Below are positions 34,936 through 50,100 of a stretch of DNA of 64,000 nt, one piece after another. The first letter of the stretch is position 1. Every line of letters starts with the position of its first letter. The stretch spans positions 13,773,045 through 13,837,044 of the forward strand of contig NC_092680.1 of the NCBI RefSeq assembly GCF_964355755.1, given 5' to 3'. The notes beneath the pieces were generated by a model, which ran no database searches, had not been told where the DNA came from, and was given only the letters and a program-made list of their open reading frames with translations. The DNA comes from Antedon mediterranea. Lineage: Eukaryota > Animalia > Echinodermata. The position numbers and the translations under genes are program-made.

Positions 34936-37349
34936 TAACATTCATCAACTAGTAGTGGGGTTCCTTAGCTCCAACAAAAGGGGTCGATACTTCAAATTCG
35001 GTTAGAAGCACGAAACCTGGTATGGCAACTCGTATAAAAAATTTGCAGCTTTTAAGATTTGAGGCCATTTAAAATAATGGCAAATACTACTACTTTCTAT
35101 TCATGTTTAATAGACATTAGCAATTAACTCAATACTATAAGAGTTATTGAAAAATAATAGATCTGAACATATTGAGGAGAACCTTCCAAATGAAAAAAGA
35201 TGCATTATTATATTGACTGTGTTTACCATATTATATATGTAAACAAGAAAATCATTCCTTTTCATCATTATGTTTGTATCTTAAATTAAAAAATAACTGT
35301 AATCCAACCCTCTCACAAAGATTTACTTAAAAGGCAAATGCAGTCGCAGCTAAATAATCTAAAGGCCGTGCTCGATTTATGAAATAACAAACCAATGCCA
35401 TAGGCCTATATATCATTTCCAAACGTGCCACCCTCTTATGTTTTCCGCCAAGTATAAATGGTGAGACCCATGAATACTGTTTAGTTTAGTAAAGTTATTT
35501 AAAAGCTCCATACTTATTTGACCAGAGAAGCTATTGTTAACAATCCATAATCAAAACACAGTATAACATGTTTTTATTTGCTCAAACCATTCTAAATATC
35601 AATTTTAATTACATTTAAAAAATGTAATGTTACAGTAATTTTTTTGGTAGCTGGTCATACTCTAGACCATGGATAAGAAAAACCTGCACAAATTACTAGG
35701 TACATGGTAATTTAAAAAACACTTGCACTATGACACTCAGTATTACCATCGACATAGATCTGTTTCAAAAGATCAAGCAATTTTCGGCAGGGAGTGAGAT
35801 GGTTCTCTCTGCAATTGTAGGTTGTTTTAATCAGATTACACATCAATATAGTCATGTCAAAGAATTTAATTGATAGGAGACTAAATAATTATAAACTAGG
35901 CCTCTAGGCTATATTGTACTTGTCCACATTCTGAGTTTATCAGAAAAATAAATGACTGATCTGAAACAAATAACTTCAGTTACTTTGGAATTACTAGTAC
36001 TTAGTTACTGTGTTTTGGGATTGATGGACTTGGTGTACTCAGTACTACTTAGTAGGCTAGGCCGCTAGCTAGCTAGGCTACTACTAGGCTAGGATAGGGA
36101 GACAGAGTAGTAGGCTAGGCTAGTCATTATACTTATATAGGGCCTAGCTAGGACTAGGCATAGTAATTGTATTACATAAATTGTATATTATTGGCAACGA
36201 TTTATATAAAAAAGGTTTAATGATGTAATAGCATTACCTTAAATCTAAAAATAAGATTGTCGTTAATTTCTAAAGCATAAAAAACGAAAAAATTTAACAC
36301 AAACGGCAAGACTTCCCCAGGTACGTACCTTGTCTATCAGCAGCAGCAATCTGTGTGTGTGTGTGGATCGCTGTTGCAGCAGCGAATATCGCATTGTGTT
36401 TGTTTATTGGTTGTTTTTGTTTGTGTGCACTCGAGCATGAGCTATAAATGTGGTACTGTATATACTGTATATAGTTGTGTGTCTTTCATACAAATAACCT
36501 ATAAACAAACTGATAAAATGTCTCAATTTTATTAAAACAAAATGCATTTACAAAAATAAAATGTTAATTTCAAATAAAAATATCAATTTCTACAAAGCAT
36601 AATTGATAAACACAAAGTGAAGGAACATTGTTTTGATACCAGATAATTTAATATATCAATTACATTGAAGTTATACATTGAATAAATCAACGGCAAGCTA
36701 CCAGCTTTAGTACTGCTAACTGTAATTATTCTCGTTTTATTTTTGTAAATGGCACCTTATAAAGCAAATTATGAGTAAAAAAATAATTTTGTGTAAACAT
36801 ACGTTTATAAAAGATAACAAATGTACAAGTATATACAAAGAAGTTCTTTTGGTACAGAACAAAAATAAGTCAAAATTAATTAGAAATCAAAACCTTCAAA
36901 TTGAGTCAATTCGTCTGGTTTGATAAAAAAAATGGTCATAAGAATATTATGACATTATTATATGGTTTCCTAGTTGACAGTTTATATCTCAAAGATGACA
37001 GTATTTATACAGTATCTCTTATTAAACATTACATAATATAATAACCATAACCTATTATTACAAGTAGTAGTACAAACTAGAATACATTTTTTTTTTAAAT
37101 AAAACATATTAAAATTAACATTACATCATCAAGTGTTTTTCATTAAAAAAAAATTCATAAATTTTATCAATTTAAGAATGTTTAAAAAACCACAATTTAA
37201 AATGGAATGTTTAAGTTTTGTTAAAGACAATATAAAAAAATATGATAAAATTTTCTTTCCAAACCAGCCCACTACTGATGACTAGAACCTACGGGATAGA
37301 GTAATCTCATCAATTCCAAAGAAGTGAACATTATTACATTATAGAGAAA

Positions 37350-40300
37350 CTAACATTCTTTTTTATTTTATTTATGGTATTCTGAACTTCAAACCTCTTT
37401 TCCATTAACATTCAGAAGCAATCGTATACTTAATTTCATCTGAAATTTTGTTTCCATATAATATTATACATTGTATTTTGATGCTCATATTGTATTGTAT
37501 ACTTAAATTCATTTACAATTTGATTTTCATTTATATCATATTATATTATATTTTGATGTTAATTTCTTTTTATTGTTTTTTATTTTTCTTTTCGTTGCAA
37601 TTTTATTATAACGTATTCTATGAATTAATGATTATATTGACGGTCACTTTAACAATGTTTATTCTTATCAAGTATAGTTCTATTGACAAATTAACAGATT
37701 ATTTTATGTATGATGGCTGATGAACAAAGCAAAGACAATGTACCAGTAACAAATTGTAAACCTTATTCTTCTAGTGAATTTTGTAATTGTATCTGTAATA
37801 AGCCTGATTCAGTCTTTTCTATATCTCATGTCAATATCAGATCTCTCAGCAAAAACTTCGACGAATTCAAAATTTTTTATGAAACTCTTGCTCAGAGTAA
37901 AGTAAAAATAATAGCACTTTCAGAGGTATGGCAAATTCCAAGTAAAGAATTATTTAAGATGAATAATTATTCATTAGAAATGTCGAGTTGATCAAAGAGG
38001 TGGCGGAGTAGGAGCGTATATACATACATCCTTAAACTATAAAGTTACTGATCATAATATATGCAATTCCGAATCTTTATGGCTGGAAATTGATATAGGT
38101 ATGAATAAGCCACTCACAGTTGGAATATTATATAGACAACCGAACACAAATGTGGACGAATTTATAGAAAGTCTGGAATCGTCACTTGAACACATTATTC
38201 AAGCTAGTACTGATTGCATATTGATTGGAGACTTCAATATAAATATGAATAATGTCCACGCAACTGACACTATTAAACTCAGTAACAGTTTACAATGTTT
38301 TGATTTTACGCAACTTATCACTATACCCACACGTATAACAAGTAACTCTAGAACTTTAATAGACCACATATATACAAATGTTCATTCCAGATTTATTACG
38401 TCAGGAACTATAGAAGTAGATTTATTGGATCATTTGGCAATATTTTGTATACTGGAAAACATTAACAATCTCTTTCAACAGACTAATCAAATTAAATTTA
38501 GAAATTACTCGCGATTAAACATAGAGTAATTTATGAGTGAACTTAAACTGGTCTGAAGTATATAATAGCCAGGACGTGAATGTTGCATATACATCTTTTT
38601 CGGACTTGTTTTTAAATGTGTGCAACAAGCATGCCCCTCTTGTTACAAAAAATATTAACCCAAAAAAGAAACCTAAAAAGCCATGGATTAATTCGGCATT
38701 AAAAAAAATCAATAAAATGTAAGCACAAATTATTTTCAAAAGTAATAAAAAGTAATTATAACCCCGAAATTCTAGCAAAATATAAACGATACCGCAATGT
38801 GCTCACCAATTCATTGAGAGAAGCAAAACAGTTATTTTACTCTGAACAATTTGAAGACCGATGTGGCAATATAAATAAAACCTGGGAAATTGTCAATGAT
38901 ATTTTAGGCAGAGGGAGAAAAGTAATGAAACTACCTAATCATTTAACAATTCAATCCGATAATGGTACGACACACGAAGCAACTAGTCAATCATCGATTG
39001 TAAATGGGTTTAATGAGTATTTTGTTTCAATTGGGCAGAACCTTCACATAAGTGCAATGACGGTCCTATTAACAACCCGATAAATGTACCAACTTCTCCC
39101 AATTCTCTATTTCTCAATGGTACAACTGAAAATGAAGTATATGATATTTTAATTAGATTAGATAAAAATAAGGCTGTGGGAATAGATCAGAATAGCCCCA
39201 AATTAATTATTTTAGCAGCAAATTACATTAGTCAACCCCACGCATATTTAATAAATCTATCGTTCTTTCTAAGGGGACTTTCCCCGATGCGTTAAAAAAG
39301 GCGAAAGTGATACCCATTTTTTAAAAAGGTTTACCGTCTGATCCAGGTAACTATAGACCGGTATCTATACTTCCGCAGTTTAGTAAAGTTTTTGAAAAAA
39401 TATTTAATAAACAACTTGCATCTTATTTATCCCGCTTTGATTTATTGTAGTCTCACCAACATGGTTTCAGAGAGAATTATAGTACAGAACTAGCTATCAC
39501 AGACCTGACACAGAAACTGTCAGATGAAATGGACAAGGGAAATGTAGTTTTGGGGATATTCTTGGATCTGAAAAAAGCCTTCGATACGGTGAACCATAGC
39601 ATTCTAATAAATAAATTATATTCATATGGGATTCGGGGGTTACCATTGGCTTTTTTTTTAAATTACCTATATAACCGAAAACAATATGTGAGTATAAATG
39701 GTATCGATTCAAATGAACTTTCCATAAGTTGCGGTGTACCCCAAGGGTCAGTATTGGGGCCTACATTGTTCCTTATATATATCAATGACATTGCACATGT
39801 GACTGACTACTTCGATATTCGTTTATTTGCAGACGATACCAGTTTGTTCCATACTTTTAATCCACACGATGATATTGACATGCAGTATATAGATAGCAAA
39901 TTTAAAAATATTGTGGACTGGTGTGATTTGAATAAATTAACCATTAATACAAAAAAGACAGAGTATATCATTTTCCGTGGTAAACACACGGCTATTAAAA
40001 CTAACGGAGCAATACATGTTAAAGGAACAGAAATTGACGAAGTAGAATCAACTGTGTATATAGGGGTCACACTTGACAATAAACTCACATGGAAAAATCA
40101 AATTAATAAGGTCAACAAAATTGTTAGTTCCAAGGCAGGTGTGCTCTATAAACTGAGAAATTTTGTTCCTCAGTCAACCCCATATATCATATGCTCTAGA
40201 GGCATGGGGGAACACATATACAACAAATTTAAAACCTATACACCTCAACCAAAAACGAATTGTACGCACTATAACACACTCTGATAGATTAGCACATACA

Positions 40301-40936
40301 TCATCATTATTTACAGAACTGGGGATACTAAATATTTATAAGCAACATACATTTCAGTTAGTTTTATTTTTCATGACAGTATTAATGGCAGGTTTCCCGT
40401 GGGAATTCCAGAATATTTTTCACATGCCCAGCATCGTCACTCAACGAGATTTCAAGCAAGGGGAAATCTTGCTATTCCAAAATACAAAAGACGTAATGTT
40501 GGTCAGTTTTCTGTCCGATATTCTGGTGCTAATTCATGGAACGAGATACCAGAAAATATTAAACATGACTCTAAAATTATATTTAAACGGAAATTAAAGC
40601 AATTCTTACTTTAGTTATATAATTATTTATTTTATTTATCTTATTTATGAAAAAGTGTAGTAATATTTAAATTTTAAAATATATAAATGGGATTGTTTTA
40701 ATTTATTAAGTTTTTATTTTTTGTAGGCCTGTGTTAAAGAAATTTTTGCCCATAGTTGTAAAAATTTAGATAAGTATAATTTATGTAAAAGGGGCTGGAC
40801 TTGATTAGTGCATAGAGATATTATCTCTATGATTAGTGTTTACACTATTTTCTAGCTCCTTCATTATGTTTTAAAATTTAATATTATTTATCATTGTAAA
40901 ACAACATTGAAAAATAAAGTTGAAGTTGAAGTTGAA
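37350..40936 (+). mobile_element. L2/Crack-group LINE with APE endonuclease and RT (ORF2), pseudogenised
   Basis: APE motifs HVNIRSL, IALSEVW, GGGVGAYI, LYRQP, IGDFNIN, TLIDHIY, DHLAI. RT motifs NYRPVSIL, QHGFR, FLDLKKAFDTVNH, GVPQGSVLGPTLF, FADDT. Many stops and frameshifts. Ends in AATAAA and a (GTTGAA)3 tail at 40912-40936. The 5' boundary is approximate. Confidence 0.9.
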
Positions 40937-41116
40937 ATGTTTTTTTCGCAATGTCATCATAAGGAACCAATGAGATATTATCTGGATAATGAGAGTATCT
41001 AGTTAAAAGACCAAATATAAAATGTTATTTAAAACCTAACAATCAGTAAACATGCTTTAAAAAATGCATGTACATTAAACATCTGGTATATTTATAGCAA
41101 ATACCAAGGTACTGTA

Positions 41117-44100
41117 TTACTTATTGCCACCATGAAGGTCAACAGGACGGATCTGTCGTTCACCTTCAATTAAAAATATCTGCATACATTTGTGTAGTAA
41201 ATAAGATCCAAGCTTTTTTTGTTTACTTGACTGCCAAGTGCTGGTGACACCATAATAGTCACCACGACGTACATTTGTAAGCCTTGCTAGACCTGAAATC
41301 AAAATGTATTTCTTTAGAAAGTACCATGCCGATATTATGGCTGTGGTTTTTAGAACCATATTTGTAGAACTAGCTCAACCACTTGGCTCAACAATAACTT
41401 ACTAAGAGAGTCCACCATACAAGCTTCACGTGTGTAAGCCTCTACTGGTATCACTCCTTGGAACACATGTAATGACACCACACCAAGTCCACAATCCCAA
41501 ATGTCAACAATGTGCTGAACTTTATCACTAGGCTGTATATATATAAAAAAAACATTTTGAATTATACATTTTCAGCATTATTGCTGGGAAGATTATTTCT
41601 CTTTCCCTTTAAGATACAGTAACTACTTAATCTATTTATATAGCTTTTTGCGCTATATAAATTGAAAATTATTATTAATCCAAGTACGGTAATAATAAAT
41701 ATTATTCAGAACATTGTTGTACAGTAATATAATTTACATTTCTTATAAACTTTATTATTAAGCATGCACAATTTTCATAGCATAAATAGAATACCTTCAT
41801 CCTAGGATTGCGCAATTGTTCAAGGCCTTCATAAAAATGAGCATATGGCCTTCCTCTCTTGCCTTTACCGATGTAAAAAACCGCCGAAAGAAATGTTTCA
41901 AACGTCTCACTATCACTTAGATGTTTACTCCTCTGTGGCAAGTTTCGTGTAACACGTGGATCTAGCAGTAAATAATTGAACGAGGATTTCACAACACCCT
42001 CCCTCCATTTGCGTCCTGGATCTGGATTATTGAAGGCTGCACACATAATTTCTTCTTCGTCATCACCTGCTTTGGTCGAATTTTTTACACGGTCATTTAG
42101 CTCTTGTGAATATTCTATATTTTGATACAAAACAAGATTTATATCTCATAATATCCTATTTTCTTTTAGTATCAATAACAAATAAAGATTAAAATTTATA
42201 AACACAATGTCAATTGGTACATATAGATTCATATATAGTTTTCTATTTCATATTTTAATTTTAACAGACATTATTTTGTTAGCTAACTAACGCTATTAAT
42301 TAGAGGGTTTAATGAGAACACTTATAATATTTATATATAAGGAAGCTGTTTGTTACCTATTGATGTTCTATCATTTTTGCTGTCTTTCGTCTTTTGTTCT
42401 TTTAGTTTCATCAGCTTATTGAAATATATTTCTTTAGTTGTAGGTGTAATTGGACCAGGATTGAATCCATACGACACTAATTCAAGGTGGAGTTGTTCAT
42501 ATGTTAATTCATCTAAATAATTTTCTTTTTTTGCTTTTTTTTCTTTAAACACATCTTGCCAGTCGTAGATCACGGTTTCCTCGAACGAATCATTCTGTAA
42601 AATTTCTGTATCATCTGTTGAGTTGTCATTTAAAGAGCACCTTTTTTCAATTAATGATACTCCGCATTCCTCGTCATGATAAATAAACTCCAAATGTGCA
42701 TTGTTGGACTCGGTTTGTTCATTGTTTTGGATTTGTTCATTGTTATTGTCCACTGGCGAATGAACTGTTTGGGTTTTATCATAAGTTTCTTCTCTTTCAA
42801 TGGTGACTGTTTCATTCAGCTGAGTTGGAAGAGGGTTAGCTTTCATAAATACAAACGGGTGATCTGGTGATGTCACATCAAATCCATGAAATATACCATC
42901 ACTTCCTGATGATGAATCAAATAAACTGTCAGAACCAGGTAACAGAATGCTTGATGAGCTAAGACTAGAAGATGATGATGATGAAGTACTGTAATATCCT
43001 GAAAAAGAATCTTATTGTTTAAAAGAGGCAGATTGTGTTGCGTGGAGGGGTGTTGAATAGGGGTGTAAAATAGTGACACACTGTTTTCAGAATTGATGGA
43101 ACTATAATAAGTTGAAAATATTACTTTCATAATGATAGTTTGGTTCACCAAGAGGTTCATCTTCGTCGCTATCATATTCCTTAAACCGATTTATATGTTG
43201 TAGCAGAAGCTGACGACAATCCCAGCTATCAGCTCCAATGGCGTGATCAAGGGCATTCTTATCATCTTCATCTCTTAGCTTAGGATCTCCGCCGTTTGCA
43301 AGGAGAACTTGTAAGGCTTGAAAACGTCCCCAACTAGCAGCGACCATAACAGGAGTCATTCCTTCATGAGACCTAGTAGTGATATATAACATTTTTATAA
43401 TTATACTGTATATCTAATCTAATGTTTCTGGCTGATTTAGCTTTTCGCTTTTTTTTTCTGTATCTCAATTGAGATTCAGCCAGATAACCACAGCATTGTC
43501 CTTTTTTCAGTAATTTGCCTTTGGATTTAATCTATATTATCTAATATATATCTAGTGTAAGATGAAAAAAATTCAGGGATTTCTAGAGAATGAATTGGAT
43601 TTTGTTCGAAATTGTAATAATTGTGACAGTCCACTAAATTTCTGAAATCACTAACCTTACATTCGGGTCTCCGCCATATTGAATGCAGAGCTCAACAAGT
43701 TTTAAAGATGCCTTTGAGTCTAAACCCACTGCAAGATGAAAAGGGCTAACGCCATCCTCACTGGAAATACAATTTGGATCTGCTCCATATTCTAATAGTT
43801 CTTTGCTTGTACTAAAAACATTAAAAAAATATTTTATTTTCCTGTTTACACTAGAAAAAATTCACCTTCTTTGTAGGTATTGTAAGATAATATAGAAGCA
43901 AAATCAAAAATGGCAAATTAACATTGCTCATATACAGTATTTATTACAGTACTAGTACACCTTTTTAATTAAAGTCCCATTCCCTACGTTTTTTAGATCT
44001 AATTTAAGGTCGCAAACTACATATAATGTAAAAATAAATACTGTATGGTCATATTATAAGATAACTTTTTCCATCTTTAAACGGTTAAAAATGTAAAAAA

Positions 44101-47100
44101 TAAGTCGATTCTAATCATTTTAGCGACCCGCTATAAACCCCAACATGCATTGTGCAAGGATTAATATTTTTGTTTTTCGATCGATCGCGAGGCCAAAACA
44201 AATGGAAGACTCATAACACTTAAGCGGGTTTGTATCAACAGAGTCTGGCAAAAACAGAAGACTATTAATGCAGCAACGATACAACAACAGGCTATGTTTA
44301 CCAGTTAGTCCTGCAAAACTAAGCCTGGGCCCAACTACGGTCCACGAAGACATTCACCGCAAGCTACTTACTGTAGGTAGTGCATTGTTTCTTTCTTTTT
44401 ATCATAATTTACCATAAAACTACAAGGAATGACCTGGTTAAATGTTTTTAAAGTTCCTGTATATTATGCATTATTTTTACAAAACGTCACATTGTAGGGA
44501 ATGGGTCTTTAATTCATCTAGAAATTTAACACAAGATCCTGGGATATGCCTTAACATAATTAAGCACACATGGAATTCCTTACCATACCACATTGTTTTA
44601 AGTCCAACATTAACATATTCCTACAGTACAACACACACAATAATTCTATGACAGAACTGAAGGCCTATACAAGTTAGTGTTTGCATCAATTTATAAGCAT
44701 GGGCTACAAACACCCGGGCAACCAACACCTGGGTTTTGTACAGTATGGTGTGCACACTGTAAACTCTGTAGTTTAAACACACCAGGGCAACCAACACCTG
44801 GGTTTTGTATGGTGTGCGCACTGTATATAAACTCTGTAGTTTAAACACACCAGGGCAACCAACACCTGGGTTTTGTATGGTGTGCGCACTGTATATAAAC
44901 TCTGGAGTTTACACACACTAGGGCAACCAACACCTGGGTTTTGTATGGTGTGCGCACTGTACATAAACTCTGTAGTTTACACACACTAGGGCAACCAACA
45001 CCTTGGTTTTGTATGGTGTGCGCACCACTGTATATAAACTCTGTAGTTTACACACACTAGGGTAACCAACACCTGGGTTTTGTATGGTGTGTGCACTGTA
45101 TATAAACTCTGTAGTTTACACACACTAGGGCAACCAACACCTGGGTTTTGTATGGTGTGCGCACTGTATATAAACTCTGTAGTTTACACACACCAGGGCA
45201 ACCAACACCTGGGTTTTGTATGGTGTGCGCACTGTATATAAACTCTGTAGTTTACACACACCAGGGCAACCAACACCTGGGTTTTGTATGGTGTGCGCAC
45301 TGTATATTATAAACTCTGTAGTTTACACACACTAGGCAACCAACACCTGGGTTTTGTATGGTGTGTGCACACTGTATATAAACTCTGTAGTTTACACACA
45401 CCAGGGCAACCAACACCTGGGTTTTGTATGGTGTGCGCACTGTATATAAACTCTGTAGTTTACACACACCAGGGCAACCAATACCTGGGTTTTGTATGGT
45501 GTGCGCACTGTATATAAACTCTGGAGTTTACACACACTAGGGCAACCAACACCTTGGTTTTGTATGGTTTGCACACTGTATATAAACTCTGTAGTTTACG
45601 CACACTAGGGCAACCAACACCTGGGTTTTGTATGGTGTGCGCACTGTATATAAACTCTGTAGTTTAAACACACCAGGGCAACCAACACCTGGGATTTGTA
45701 TGGTGTGCGCACTGTATATAAACTCTGTAGTTTAAACACACCAGGGCAACCAACACCTGGGTTTTGTATGGTGTGCGCACTGTATATAAACTCTGTAGTT
45801 TACACACACTAGGGCAACTAACACCTGGGTTTTGTATGGTGTGCGCACTGTATATAAACTCTATAGTTTTAAACACACCAGGGCAACCAACACCTGGGTT
45901 TTGTATGGTGTGCGCACTGTATATAAACTCTGTAGTTTACACACATTAGGGCAACCAACACCTGGGTTTTGTATGGTGTGCGCACTGTAATATAAACTCT
46001 GTAGTTTAAACACACTAGGGCAACCAACACCTGGGTTTTGTATGGTGTGCGCACTGTATATAAACTCTGTAGTTTACACACACTAGGGCAACCAACACCT
46101 GGGTTTTGTATGGTGTGCACACTGTATATAAACTCTGTAGTTTACACACACTAGGGCAACCAACACCTGGGTTTTGTATGGTGTGCGCACTGTATATAAA
46201 CTCTGTAGTTTACACACACCAGGGCAACCAACACCTGGGTTTTGTATGGTGTGCGCACTGTATATAAACTCTGTAGTTTACACACACCAGGGCAACCAAC
46301 ACCTGGGTTTTGTATGGTGTGCGCACTGTATATAAACTCTGTAGTTTACACACACCAGGGCAACCAACACCTGGGTTTTGTATGGTGTGCGCACTGTATA
46401 TTATAAACTCTGTAGTTTACACACACTAGGCAACCAACACCTGGGTTTTGTATGGTGTGTGCACACTGTATATAAACTCTGTAGTTTACACACACCAGGG
46501 CAACCAATACCTGGGTTTTGTATGGTGTGCGCACTGTATATAAACTCTGGAGTTTACACACACTAGGGCAACCAACACCTTGGTTTTGTATGGTTTGCAC
46601 ACTGTATATAAACTCTGTAGTTTACGCACACTAAGGCAACCAACACCTGGGTTTTGTATGGTGTGCGCACTGTATATAAACTCTGTAGTTTAAACACACC
46701 AGGGCAACCAACACCTGGGATTTGTATGGTGTGCGCACTGTATATAAACTCTGTAGTTTAAACACACCAGGGCAACCAACACCTGGGTTTTGTATGGTGT
46801 GCGCACTGTATATAAACTCTGTAGTTTACACACACTAGGGCAACTAACACCTGGGTTTTGTATGGTGTGCGCACTGTATATAAACTCTATAGTTTTAAAC
46901 ACACCAGGGCAACCAACACCTGGGTTTTGTATGGTGTGCGCACTGTATATAAACTCTGTAGTTTACACACATTAGGGCAACCAACACCTGGGTTTTGTAT
47001 GGTGTGCGCACTGTATATAAACTCTGTAGTTTACACACACTAGTGACTAGGGCAACCAACACCTTGGTTTTCTATTGTGTGCGCACTGTATATAAACTCT

Positions 47101-50100
47101 GTAGTTTACACACACTAGGGCAACCAACACAGGGGTTTTGTATGGTGTGCACACTGTATATAAACTCTGTAGTTTAAACACACCAGGGCAACCAACACCT
47201 GGGTTTTGTATGGTGTGCGCACTGTAATATAAACTCTGTAGTTTAAACACACCAGGGCAACCAACACCTGGGTTTTGTATGGTGTGCGCACTGTATATAA
47301 ACTCTGTAGTTTACACACACTAGGGCAACCAACACCTGGGTTTTGTATGGTGTGTCGCACACTGTATATAAACTCTGTAGTTTACACACACTAGGGCAAC
47401 CAACACCTGGGTTTTGTATGGTGTGCGCACTGTATATAAACTCTGTAGTTTACACACACTAGGGCAACTAACACCTGGGTTTTGTATGGTGTGCGCACTG
47501 TATATAAACTCTGTAGTTTTAAACACACCAGGGCAACCAACACCTGGGTTTTGTATGGTGTGCGCACTGTATATAAACTCTGTAGTTTAAACACACCAGG
47601 GCAACCAACACCTGGGTTTTGTATGGTGTGCGCACTGTATATAAACTCTGTAGTTTACACACACTAGGGCAACCAACACCTGGGATTTGTATGGTGTGCG
47701 CACTGTATATAAACTCTGGAGTTTACACACACTAGGGCAACCAACACCTGGGATTTGTATGGTGTGCGCACTGTATATAAACTCTGTAGTTTACACACAC
47801 TGGGGCAACCAACACCTGGGTTTTGTATGGTGTGCACACTGTATATAAACTCTGTAGTTTACACACACTAGGGCAACCAACACCTGGGTTTTGTATGGTG
47901 TGCACACTGTATATAAACTCTGTAGTTTACACACACTAGGGCAACCAACACCTGGGTTTTGTATGGTGTGCGCACTGTATATAAACTCTGTAGTTTACAC
48001 ACACTAGGGAAACCAACACCTGGGTTTTGTATGGTGTGCGCACTGCATATAAACTCTGTAGTTTACACAAACTAGGGCAACCAACACCTGGGTTTTGTAT
48101 GGTGTGCGCACTGTATATAAACTCTGTAGTTTACACACACTAGGGCAACCAACACCTGGGTTTTGTATGGTGTGCGCACTGTATATAAACTCTGTAGTTT
48201 ACACACACCAGGGCAACCAACACCTGGGTTTTGTATGGTGTGCGCACTGTATATAAACTCTGTAGTTTACACACACTAGGGCAACCAACACCTGGGTTTT
48301 GTATGGTGTGCACACTGTAATAAACTCTGTAGTTTACACACACTAGGGCAACCAACACCTGGGTTTTGTATGGTGTGCGCACTGTATATAAACTCTGTAG
48401 TTTACACACACTAGGGAAACCAACACCTGGGTTTTGTATGGTGTGCACACTGTAATAAACTCTGTAGTTTACACACACTAGGGCAACCAACACCTGGGTT
48501 TTGTATGGTGTGCGCACTGTATATAAACTCTGTAGTTTACACACACTAGGGCAACCAACACCTGGGTTTTGTATGGTGTGCGCACTGTATATAAACTCTG
48601 TAGTTTACACACACTAGGGCAACTAACACCTGGGTTTTGTATGGTGTGCGCACTGTATATAAACTCTGTAGTTTACACACACTAGGGAAACCAACACCTG
48701 GGTTTTGTATGGTGTGCGCACTGCATATAAACTCTGTAGTTTACACAAACTAGGGCAACCAACACCTGGGTTTTGTATGGTGTGCGCACTGTATATAAAC
48801 TCTGTAGTTTACACACACCAGGGCAACCAACACCTGGGTTTTGTATGGTGTGCGCACTGTATATAAACTCTGTAGTTTACACACACTAGGGCAACCAACA
48901 CCTGGGTTTTGTATGGTGTGCACACTGTATATAAACTCTGTAGTTTACACACACTAGGGCAACCAACACCTGGGTTTTGTATGGTGTGCACACTGTATAT
49001 AAACTCTGTAGTTTACACACACTAGGGCAACCAACACCTGGGTTTTGTATGGTGTGCACACTGTATATAAACTCTGTAGTTTACACACACTAGGGCAACC
49101 AACACCTGGGTTTTGTATGGTGTGCGCACTGTATATAAACTCTGTAGTTTACACACACTAGGGCAACCAACACCTGGGTTTTGTATGGTGTGCGCACTGT
49201 ATATAAACTCTGTAGTTTACACACACCAGGGCAACCAACACCTGGGTTTTGTATGGTGTGCGCACTGTATATAAACTCTGTAGTTTACACACACTAGGGC
49301 AACCAACACCTGGGTTTTGTATGGTGTGCACACTGTATATAAACTCTGTAGTTTACACACACTGGGGCAACCAACACCTGGGTTTTGTATGGTGTGCGCA
49401 CTGTATATAAACTCTGTAGTTTACACACACTAGGGCAACCAACACCTGGGTTTTGTATGGTGTGCACACTGTATATAAACTCTGTAGTTTACACACACTA
49501 GGGCAACCAACACCTGAGTTTTGTATGGTGTGCACACTGTATATAAACTCTGTAGTTTACACACACTAGGGCAACCAACACCTGGGTTTTGTATGGTGTG
49601 CACACTGTATATAAACTCTGTAGTTTACACACACTAGGGCAACCAACACCTGGGTTTTGTATGGTGTGCGCACTGTATATAAACTCTGGAGTTTACACAC
49701 ACCAGGGCAACCAACACCTGGGTTTTGTATGGTGTGCGCACTGTATATAAACTCTTTAGTTTAAACACACCAGGGCAACCAACACCTGGGTTTTGTATGG
49801 TGTGCGCACTGTATATAAACTCTTTAGTTTAAACACACCAGGGCAACCAACACCTGGGTTTTGTATGGTGTGCGCACTGTATATAAACTCTGTAGTTTAC
49901 ACACACTAGGGCAACCAACACCCGGGTTTTGTATGGTGTGCGCACTGTATATAAACTCTGTAGTTTAAACACACCAGGGCAACCAACACCTGGGTTTTGT
50001 ATGGTGTGCGCACTGTATATAAACTCTGGAGTTTACACACACTAGGGCAACCAACACCTGGGTTTTGTATGGTGTGCGCACTGTATATAAACTCTGTAGT

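Noticed and set aside
42999-43124. Apparent premature stop or frameshift in ANKLE1
   Set aside because: Resolved by a 126-bp GT-AG intron (gtaata...ttctttttcag) that keeps the frame.
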